Positions 54,921 to 62,384 of a stretch of DNA of 64,000 nucleotides are shown here, piece by piece. Position numbers and translations under genes: made by a program. The DNA is from a virus. The notes under the pieces are model-generated. The model did no database searches. It was not told the origin of the DNA and saw nothing but the letters and a program-made list of their open reading frames with translations. Location: IMG/VR virus record IMGVR_UViG_3300018476_000014, positions 3,552 through 67,551 of that record. One strand, written 5' to 3'. Position 1 is the first letter of the stretch. Each line of letters starts with the position of its first letter.

Positions 54921-57795
54921 GCAGCGGTGTCATGTCGTAGCACTCGGAGCGGCCTGACCCGACGGTGGTCAGCCCATCCAGCATTGCCACGCCAGCCCCG
55001 ATCGCTCCCTTACCCTGGCTGACCAGATAATACTTACCGAGCATCTTGCGCACCTGCTCAGGCTGGTGCCGGCGCTTCCTGAGCCAGTGATTGAACTGCT
55101 TGCAGCGCACCCGGATACGTTTGTCCTTCTGCCCGACCTGCATCCACACATCCTGCAGGCGGGAGAGGTCGGTATCGATCAGCTCGACCGGGCTGGGTCT
55201 GCCCATGCCGTAGTTGATGCGATCTGTCATGATGAGGTTCTTGCCGCGCAGGTCGTCCATCATGTCCTGAAGGAGCGAGAGCACAGAGTCGGGCGCGGCG
55301 AGCGTCGTGTGCTCCTGGCTCTTCAGCGTCGAGCGCTGACGCGACAGCATCTCATCGAGCGAGGTTTCCATCTGCTTCACGTTGAACCCGGTTAAACCCA
55401 TGTGATTACCCACCTGGGCACCGGCCAGCAGCGTCGACATGGTGATGGCCCAGAAGCGCTCCTTCTGCGAGAACCCATGCCGTTTCATGAGGAGATCGGT
55501 CTGCGTGTCGAGGAGCTTCTGGATCGACGCCTTGTTCAAGGAAATGAACTGCGCGTACTGGGCACCGGCGACGCCGTAGTTCTGCGTCACGTCACGCAGG
55601 AGCTGCCTCGCCTGCCAGTCGCTGAAGGTCAGGGTGTGCGAGGGGACTTCGATCTCGAACACCCTGAGACCGCCGGCTTCCGTGCCGTCGGTATTGGCAT
55701 AGACCGTGTCGGCAATGCCGTAGTTGGACGCCACTGCGAACATAGTGGTGAAGGCGTGCGTCGCCTGCTGGGTGGCGTCGCGGTTGAGCCGCGACTTGCC
55801 CTTGCCCTGAGTGACTTGGAAGACCAGGTCGATAACCTTCTCCAGCTGGTCGGCTGTCCTCAGTTCGTCCCAGTAGATCGGCAGGTTCTTAAGATCGCCG
55901 ATCTTCTTCATCACCGAGTTCAGCGTGTCGCCAAGCGCGCTCATGCCGGTGCGCGGGTCACCCCACACGGCCTGTGCAATCATCATCGCTGTCGTTTTAC
56001 CGACACCGCTGGCCGATGAATATGCGCTGAGCACCACGGAGGATGGCCCGGCGATCTCGACCAGCGGCGCGGCAAACGCTGATGCCACGAGGATCTCCAG
56101 CGCCGGGTTGCCATAGACCAGCTTGGCTGCCTCCTGCCATGGTTTCAGTTCACCGTGGGCGACGAAGCGTTTGTCGTGGCTGGGACCGTGGAAGCATGGC
56201 TGCGAGCCGGTCGGCAGGTAGGTATGTTCATCGTAGGTGAACCCCTTCCCATCCTTGGTCCAGCCATAGCTGACCGGGGTAACGAGCTTCTTGATCTCCT
56301 GCAGTTTCGTCATCCAGGCCACAAGAAAATCCCTCGCGTGTTTGTGGTTCACCGGCTTGATGTAGACGCCACCCCCTGCGGCCATCGCTTGCGCAGCCGG
56401 CACAGGCGTCATGTTGTTGGCGATCGGAGCACTCCCCCAATGCTCGATGCCGCTGTGTCTGGTCAGAAAAGCCAGCTGCCCCGTCGTCGGGTCGATGCCG
56501 GCATCAAGTATCGGATAACCCAGCACGTCTATGGTCTTGGCCGAGCCGTCCTTTTCCTGGACCACGGTTGTGACATGGTTGTTGATGTCGCGGTAGTAAC
56601 CGTGCGGCATCAAGGGGTCCTGGCCCTGCGGCGCGGCACCCGGTGCAGCCGCTGGCTGCGGGCGCACCGCGAAGTTGAACGGCGACTTGTGCTGGGCAAA
56701 CCACGGGCACTGCGCGCACGCTGAGTGCAGCGGCGAGAAGGAGTCGCACTTAGGCCAGCCGATGGCAGGGTTCGCAGCCCGCGCGTTGAGCTTCTCGATC
56801 AGCTTCTTCTCGGTGCCGTCATGGGTATAGCGGTGGTCACCCTTGGAGAGCCGGTGCGCCGAGTCGTGTGGATCATCGGTGAACGAAGCAGCGAGGATCG
56901 CCAGGTTCCACAGGGGCTCGGGGTCACCGTCGCCCTCGCGCTCGAGGATATCGGCCAGCGCCGGGCAGCCCTGTGCCAGTCCGTCGAGCGGCACCGGTGG
57001 TGCTTCGCCCACGCCCTCGGTGAAGTTCTGGGTGAAGCTCGACTGCGTCCGGCTCATGCGCACGCCGGCAGTCGGGCCGACATAGGAGCCCAGTGCACTG
57101 ACTAACTCTTGGTATTGGTAGACCTTGAAGGAGGAGTCTTCGAGCAGCTTGACGGTGCCGGGCGGCACCGACTTGTGGTTCAGCGTGCCGGGCACGCGAA
57201 GGATTCCGGCAGCGTTCACGGTCACCTGCGGATCGAACTTCAGGCCATAGGCAAGCGCTGCGTCGCGCAGGCCCTTAGCCAAGGGTGTCCACGCATTGAC
57301 CGGCATCGGCTCGTCGGTGTTCCAGTAGACGTGCAGGCCACCCGATCCGGAGAGCACCTCCATGGTGGCTTCCGGCAGGCCTACCTTCTCGCAGAAGTCA
57401 TCGAGCGCAGCGTAGGCATCCTCGGTCGTGCCGTAGGCGCCCGCCTTGCCGACGTCGATGTCGAGATAGATCGAGCGGAACGAGACGACGTTGGAGATTT
57501 GTCTTACGGCACGCGGGTAGCCATCGGCGGAGAACTTATCCAGCGAGGCCATGCGCTGGGTACCGAGCGCCATGTAGACATTGGCACCGGCGCGTCCGGC
57601 ACGTGATTCAACCAGCTGGATCAGCTTGTCATAATCTTGCGCGGCGTAGTTGGCGAACGCGATCCGGCCTTCCTGTGTGGTGAAGGTCCAGGTGACAGAT
57701 TTCCACAACTGCTGGTGCTCGGTGTCCCACGGATAATTAAGGTTGAGGAAGATCTCGAGCGCCGGGTTTTGACCTCGTGGCATAGCGGCATCCAT
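54889..57795 (-). CDS. DNA primase-helicase (RepB-like primase plus DUF927 P-loop domain)
   Basis: YLDIDVG, SGSGGLHVYW, ILRVPGTLNHK, Zn motif C...CAQCPW, GVGKTT, IYWDE. Confidence 0.88.
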   Translation of the reverse strand: MDAAMPRGQNPALEIFLNLNYPWDTEHQQLWKSVTWTFTTQEGRIAFANYAAQDYDKLIQLVESRAGRAGANVYMALGTQRMASLDKFSADGYPRAVRQISNVVSFRSIYLDIDVGKAGAYGTTEDAYAALDDFCEKVGLPEATMEVLSGSGGLHVYWNTDEPMPVNAWTPLAKGLRDAALAYGLKFDPQVTVNAAGILRVPGTLNHKSVPPGTVKLLEDSSFKVYQYQELVSALGSYVGPTAGVRMSRTQSSFTQNFTEGVGEAPPVPLDGLAQGCPALADILEREGDGDPEPLWNLAILAASFTDDPHDSAHRLSKGDHRYTHDGTEKKLIEKLNARAANPAIGWPKCDSFSPLHSACAQCPWFAQHKSPFNFAVRPQPAAAPGAAPQGQDPLMPHGYYRDINNHVTTVVQEKDGSAKTIDVLGYPILDAGIDPTTGQLAFLTRHSGIEHWGSAPIANNMTPVPAAQAMAAGGGVYIKPVNHKHARDFLVAWMTKLQEIKKLVTPVSYGWTKDGKGFTYDEHTYLPTGSQPCFHGPSHDKRFVAHGELKPWQEAAKLVYGNPALEILVASAFAAPLVEIAGPSSVVLSAYSSASGVGKTTAMMIAQAVWGDPRTGMSALGDTLNSVMKKIGDLKNLPIYWDELRTADQLEKVIDLVFQVTQGKGKSRLNRDATQQATHAFTTMFAVASNYGIADTVYANTDGTEAGGLRVFEIEVPSHTLTFSDWQARQLLRDVTQNYGVAGAQYAQFISLNKASIQKLLDTQTDLLMKRHGFSQKERFWAITMSTLLAGAQVGNHMGLTGFNVKQMETSLDEMLSRQRSTLKSQEHTTLAAPDSVLSLLQDMMDDLRGKNLIMTDRINYGMGRPSPVELIDTDLSRLQDVWMQVGQKDKRIRVRCKQFNHWLRKRRHQPEQVRKMLGKYYLVSQGKGAIGAGVAMLDGLTTVGSGRSECYDMTPLPNFHGSSHGV

Positions 57796-57833
57796 GTGAC
57801 AGAGGGGGCAGCAACTTATGTTAATGGGAGAGG

Positions 57834-57883
57834 GTCGCGAGGGTAAACCCCCGCGACTATCTCACTGATACACAACACGTTAC
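57834..57883. promoter_or_regulatory. hairpin (57834-57857) and motif B copy (57867-57883) upstream of the primase
   Basis: GTCGCG-a-GGG-TAAA-CCC-c-CGCGAC; GATACACAACACGTTAC. Confidence 0.45.
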
Positions 57884-59214
57884 TGAGGGGTGGGTCTCTT
57901 GAACCCCTTCAGGATGTCGTCAAGCTCAGGAACGGCAGCAGTAACAACGGGTTTGACGTCGTCGCTGTCATCCATTCCATTCGCCGGCTTGGCTTCCTGG
58001 ACCGGTGGTTCCTCCACCTTGGCCGGTTCAATTTTCGGTGCCTCTTCCTTGGCTTCCACCTTGGGTTTGGCACGTGCCTTGCGCTCCCTCGTAGCGGGCT
58101 GCGGCGGGGTGGCGATCGGTGCTCCCTTCTCCGGTCCCGTCACGTATTCACGGCGCACCCGGTGGAAGTATGTTCCCTCCGGCAGCTTGATGGTGTCCGG
58201 GTCAAGCTCGGGCATCTGCACGGCGGGCTGCGCCCGCTCGACATACTCACCCGTTGCCGTGTCGAACATCTGCCCGTCGGGCAACTCGATCACCGTCGAG
58301 GGTACCTCGTGAGGCGCTGCTGCCGAAGCCGGGGAAGTCACTTCCTCAGCTTCCGGCACGATCACCGCTGCTGCCTGCTCGGGCTGAGCCTGCGGTGCCG
58401 TATCGGGCACGATGAGCGGCGCCTCCTGCGGAGCGAAGCCGTGCATCTGTCCGGTCTGCGCCGGGGCAGGCGTCGCCGCGTTGTCGAAGTCCGGTGCCGC
58501 CAGCATGGCTGCGACCTGATCGCTCTCGGCCAGCCCCTCGACCTCCTTGTATTGCGGGTCGGTCAGTGGCCGCGCGAAGTTGAACAACAGCTTCGGGTAG
58601 GCAGCAGTCGGATCAAACGACAGCCGGGTGACACAGGCGTTGGCCATGAAGCCATGCCGCTCCAGCAGCTGGACATGGTTCTTCAGGTTCTTCAGCGACG
58701 ACTGAGGAATCCTGAGCATGAGCACCATCGGATCGGGATGACCCAGCTGGTGCGGCATCATCACCGCCACCCGACGTGCGTCCTGGCATGCCTTGGCTGC
58801 CTTGCCGTCCGGCGTGATGCGCGAACCGAAAGCGTTCATGGGACAATTGGGACAGGTCGGGTTGACCTTGTTGACCACCGACGGGTCTGGCCGGATCGCA
58901 TCCAGCGACCAGCAGTCCGGCGGGTTCAGGTCGCCCTCGGCGAAGCCCTTGATGTAGTAGGTCTTCGACAAGAGACGGCTGGCGTTGACCAAGATCACAT
59001 CGAGGAACGACACCGGCGTGTTGGTTGCCGGGTCGAGGACCGCCTGCGACTGGCCGCTCATCCTGAGATGAAAGCGGCTGCCCTTGATCGACAGCAGCGG
59101 GAACGCGTCCCGGATGCCGTCGGAGAAGTTACCCGCAAGCGAGGTGCCCGCCGCCAGCTTCTGCTGGGACGAGGCCGGCGCCTGCGCCTGCGTTAGAGAT
59201 ACCAAGTTGCTCAT
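57880..59214 (-). CDS. replication-module protein, putative ssDNA-binding/annealing protein
   Basis: LSIKGSRF, KTYY..F, PDCWSLD, CPNCPMNAFGS, KACQDARRVAV, YPKLLF; long acidic Pro/Ala tail. Confidence 0.65.
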   Translation of the reverse strand: MSNLVSLTQAQAPASSQQKLAAGTSLAGNFSDGIRDAFPLLSIKGSRFHLRMSGQSQAVLDPATNTPVSFLDVILVNASRLLSKTYYIKGFAEGDLNPPDCWSLDAIRPDPSVVNKVNPTCPNCPMNAFGSRITPDGKAAKACQDARRVAVMMPHQLGHPDPMVLMLRIPQSSLKNLKNHVQLLERHGFMANACVTRLSFDPTAAYPKLLFNFARPLTDPQYKEVEGLAESDQVAAMLAAPDFDNAATPAPAQTGQMHGFAPQEAPLIVPDTAPQAQPEQAAAVIVPEAEEVTSPASAAAPHEVPSTVIELPDGQMFDTATGEYVERAQPAVQMPELDPDTIKLPEGTYFHRVRREYVTGPEKGAPIATPPQPATRERKARAKPKVEAKEEAPKIEPAKVEEPPVQEAKPANGMDDSDDVKPVVTAAVPELDDILKGFKRPTPQ

Positions 59215-59215
59215 G

Positions 59216-59617
59216 TCATTTTCCCTTCAGCACGCCCACCTTGTAGAAGGCAGATCGATTGACCCCCGGCGGCAGCGGTTCACCCCGTGCCACCTTGTCG
59301 TTGATGACTGTCTTGTTCGGCTTCCAGTCCGCCAGCTCCCACTCTTCCGAGCCGATGACGTGGCGGCGGAACTCGGCCCCATCGGCAGTCGTCACACTGG
59401 TGTGCAGGATCTTGTAGACAGTGCCTGCCTTGCTCGCGATCGAGTCGGCACCGATCTTGTTCAGATAGTCGAGCAGCGTAGCCTCAAGCTGCTGCATCGG
59501 CTCTTCATATTCGACACGGCAGAATTGTTTGTACTGTTCTTCCGCCGCCTTCTTCAGGTTTCTGAGCGCGATGTACTCAGCCACCAGCTCGGTGGGTTTC
59601 TTTTCGGTTATGTCCAT
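59216..59617 (-). CDS. conserved replication-module protein
   Basis: LVAEYIALRN...SIASKAGTVY...GEPLPPGVN. Confidence 0.75.
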   Translation of the reverse strand: MDITEKKPTELVAEYIALRNLKKAAEEQYKQFCRVEYEEPMQQLEATLLDYLNKIGADSIASKAGTVYKILHTSVTTADGAEFRRHVIGSEEWELADWKPNKTVINDKVARGEPLPPGVNRSAFYKVGVLKGK

Positions 59618-59618
59618 T

Positions 59619-61181
59619 TCAATTCCCCTTCGTGATGCCAGCGAGGATATCCAATATCGAATCCTGCAGGTCGGACTTGGCGTCGAGACGCCGGTAAAGC
59701 ATTCGCTCGATGGGCGACGCCACCATGCGGATGATCTGCTGCTTGTGGGCCTGACCGACGCGTCTGATGCGTGCGTTGGCCTGCTCGTAGGTCTCCAGCT
59801 TGGTGACCGGTCCGAACCAGATGATCGTGTCTGCTGCCGTCAGCGTGAGCCCGTGGCTCATCGTCTCCGGGTGGGCGTTGATCACGTGGTACTTGTTGGT
59901 GCCCTGGAACGCCGTGAAGATATCGGTGCGCTCCTTCTGCGGCACGTCGCCGGTGATCTCGGCGTAGTCTATCCCTTCTTTCTTAAGCCGCTCGCTGATC
60001 CCCTTGGTTGCCGACTTGAAGGGCGAGAACACCAGCACCTTCCGCTCGTTGGCGTTGATCAGATCGATCAGCGCGTCGAGGCGGTTCTTGTTGTCCAGTT
60101 CGATCAGCTTATCCTCGTCGCCGTAGATCCAGCCGAGTGCTGCCTGCAGCATCTTAGAGAACAGCACGCCGCCATTCACCGCGGTCACCGAGCCGTCCCT
60201 GAACAGCGCTGCCGCGTGCTCCTTCAGCACCAGCAATGCCTGCGCCTGTCGGGGACCCAGCGCCACCTCGACCTCGCGCTCCACCACGTCCGGCAGCTCG
60301 GTGATGTCGTCCAGCTTGTAGCGCACCGCCGGCTGCAGGACCTTGCTCACCGTGTCCTTGGCGTCTGTCTTGGCGACCCACTTGAACTGCGACACGTTGA
60401 GCATGGTGTCGGCACGGAACTGCACCCACGAGCGGGGCGCTGTCGCTGGCGTGATGAGATGCGCCAGCCCGTAGGCGTCCGTCGGGTCGGTCGGCGTCGG
60501 CGAGCCGGTCATGCCCCACACGTAGCGTCTGGTACGCGCGATCGACTGCGCCACCTTGGAGCGATCGGCCCTGGCATTTCTATACGCCGCAGCTTCATCG
60601 AAGCAGATCACGTCGATGTCGGGGCGCTTCATCAGCTCCTTGTGGATCACCTTCAGTCCGTCATGGTTGACGATGTAGATGTCTGCGTCTTCGGCCAGCT
60701 TCTTGTGGCGCTTCTCCGCTGTGCCGGTCAGCACCTGCACCTTCCTGAAGGGGAGCGTCATCAGGATCTCCCGCTCCCACGTGAAGTTCAGCGTCGACAG
60801 CGGCGCCACCACCAGCATGCGATTGGCCCGCCCGATGCTGCGCAGGTAGTCGTGCGCCCAGATGGCAGCGCGTGTCTTGCCCGTGCCCATGTCGTTCAGC
60901 ACGTAGCTGCGCTGATGCATGGTCATGTTCGCAGCCGTGAGCACCTGCTTGTCGAACGGCTTCTTGCCGTCGGCTGATGGGAACTCGTAGTGCTCGAGGA
61001 TCGGCGCTGGCACAGCGGTCAGGCCGAGGTTCCGGAGCATCCGGGTCTCGTCTATGCCGTGCGGTACGTTGATCAGGTCCTCGCCGCGCCACTCGAAGCG
61101 TATGCCATGCGGGAACAGCTGCCCGATGGCTTCGCTAAATGGGACGACGAGCGACTTGGTCGGGTGAGATACGATGATCAT
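59619..61181 (-). CDS. SNF2-like superfamily 2 helicase
   Basis: NDMGTGKT, VVAPLS, CFDEAA, MTGSP, HGLTLTAAD, QANARIRRVGQ. Confidence 0.92.
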   Translation of the reverse strand: MIIVSHPTKSLVVPFSEAIGQLFPHGIRFEWRGEDLINVPHGIDETRMLRNLGLTAVPAPILEHYEFPSADGKKPFDKQVLTAANMTMHQRSYVLNDMGTGKTRAAIWAHDYLRSIGRANRMLVVAPLSTLNFTWEREILMTLPFRKVQVLTGTAEKRHKKLAEDADIYIVNHDGLKVIHKELMKRPDIDVICFDEAAAYRNARADRSKVAQSIARTRRYVWGMTGSPTPTDPTDAYGLAHLITPATAPRSWVQFRADTMLNVSQFKWVAKTDAKDTVSKVLQPAVRYKLDDITELPDVVEREVEVALGPRQAQALLVLKEHAAALFRDGSVTAVNGGVLFSKMLQAALGWIYGDEDKLIELDNKNRLDALIDLINANERKVLVFSPFKSATKGISERLKKEGIDYAEITGDVPQKERTDIFTAFQGTNKYHVINAHPETMSHGLTLTAADTIIWFGPVTKLETYEQANARIRRVGQAHKQQIIRMVASPIERMLYRRLDAKSDLQDSILDILAGITKGN

Positions 61182-61506
61182 CTTGAATGCCGTCCCTTAA
61201 TCCATCAAGCCATTCGCGCAGTTCATCGAGCACTGGGCTGCGCACGTCATCGATGACGAACACTCTGCCCATTGCCAGCTCTATGTCCCGGATGGTCTTC
61301 ACCTGATTCAGCGTCGGCTTCTTGCCGGGCGCCTTCGTCTCGATGCCGAAGAACCGTCCGCGATAACATGCCAGGCAATCGATCGTGCGTTTCCCGAACC
61401 CCGCAGGCACCGGCCAATGAGTGTAGAGGCCGTCATATTCTGCGAGGACTTGCCGGGTTTTGGCTTTGACCAAATTTTCTGGCGTCGTCATTTCAAAGTA
61501 ATCCAT
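61135..61506 (-). CDS. VRR-NUC domain nuclease (start may be ATG at 61491)
   Basis: TPENLVK, IDCLACYRGRFFGIETKAPGKKPTLNQ. Confidence 0.88.
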   Translation of the reverse strand: MDYFEMTTPENLVKAKTRQVLAEYDGLYTHWPVPAGFGKRTIDCLACYRGRFFGIETKAPGKKPTLNQVKTIRDIELAMGRVFVIDDVRSPVLDELREWLDGLRDGIQDDHRISPDQVARRPI

Positions 61507-61542
61507 TGTGTTACGTAGTTCAAGAGTTAAACCCGGTCTAAC
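61495..61542 (-). promoter_or_regulatory. composite promoter: motif A (61526-61542), -35 TTGAAC, motif B (61498-61514), -10 TACTTT
   Basis: -35 at 61523-61518, 17-nt spacer, -10 at 61500-61495; nearly the same geometry as 12052-12098. Confidence 0.55.
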
Positions 61543-61548
61543 CCTAAA

Positions 61549-62223
61549 TTAATGCGAGCCTTTTCCGTGGTAGGGACAGCTCGTCACCGGGCAGTAGTTC
61601 TTGCACAGTCCAGAGGGTTTGGGCGGGTAGGTCGTGGTCCGCCACGCGTCGTCCATCTCCTTGATGGTCGGCCACAGCCGGTTCCAGGTCTCCAGCATCT
61701 CGGAGCGGTGGAAGCGCTGCATCGTCTCGGTGTCGTGGCCGAACCACACATAGATCGTCTCGACATATTCGAGCTTGGGGTAGTGCGAGAACAGCAGCTG
61801 CGCAGACAGCGCCAGCTGCTCGTACTCGGGATTGATCTTGCCGGTCTTCCAGTCGATCGTCAGCGCGGCACGGTCGGAGACCAGCGCCAGCACGTCGATG
61901 ACACCGCGGAACCAGGCGTCGTTGTCGAAGAACCCGCAGGCTTCGAAGTCCTTGGTCATCGCCAGCTTGTTCTCAACCTTGACGGTGACGTTCTCGATCT
62001 GGGTGACCATGCTGGGCCAGCGCTCGAAGCGCTTCATGGCGGTCGGCAATGGCTTGCCCTTCTCGATGCGATTCGCCATCGCCTTGTGCAACTCGTTGCC
62101 CCACTTGAGCTGCTCGGACTCTTCCTCCTTGAAGTCCCGAACAAGGTCGACATGCCAGTGTCGCTTGGGACAGGTGCGGTAGTTCTTCAGTCGTGAGAAC
62201 GACCAGCTAAATGGCTTCGACAT
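61549..62223 (-). CDS. PD-(D/E)XK (Cas4/RecB-like) exonuclease
   Basis: WSFSRLKNYRTCPK, GNELH, RGVIDVL, IDWKTGK, QLALSA, LCKNYCPVTSCPY. Confidence 0.88.
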   Translation of the reverse strand: MSKPFSWSFSRLKNYRTCPKRHWHVDLVRDFKEEESEQLKWGNELHKAMANRIEKGKPLPTAMKRFERWPSMVTQIENVTVKVENKLAMTKDFEACGFFDNDAWFRGVIDVLALVSDRAALTIDWKTGKINPEYEQLALSAQLLFSHYPKLEYVETIYVWFGHDTETMQRFHRSEMLETWNRLWPTIKEMDDAWRTTTYPPKPSGLCKNYCPVTSCPYHGKGSH

Positions 62224-62384
62224 ATTCCCCCCTTGTGATGGTGGCGGCTTGGCAGGTTTCACGGCTGAAATGACGAGACTCGTGGAGTCCCTCCCCGGGT
62301 GCCGAACCTACCCTTGTCGCGGTCACGAAACCGCACGCCCGTTGCCGCCTCGGCTGCGTTCTTTTGGTGACTACCCGGGGCAAA

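Noticed and set aside
17236-60977. Many long antisense or alternate-frame ORFs (e.g. 20451..21533, 21769..22962, 44222..45688, 48109..49173, 59529..60977)
   Set aside because: These are shadow ORFs expected in GC-rich DNA. They overlap well-supported genes, are Arg/Ala/Gly-rich and lack RBS or motifs.
5752-61514. Motif B as an alphaproteobacterial LexA box
   Set aside because: That box is the direct repeat GTTC-N7-GTTC, whereas motif B is an inverted repeat with GTAAC/GTTAC ends.
62290-62384. tRNA, hammerhead ribozyme or c-di-GMP riboswitch in the polymerase-exonuclease gap
   Set aside because: GGTTCG is present but there is no T-arm or cloverleaf, no CUGAnGA core and no GEMM consensus. Kept only as a generic structured region.
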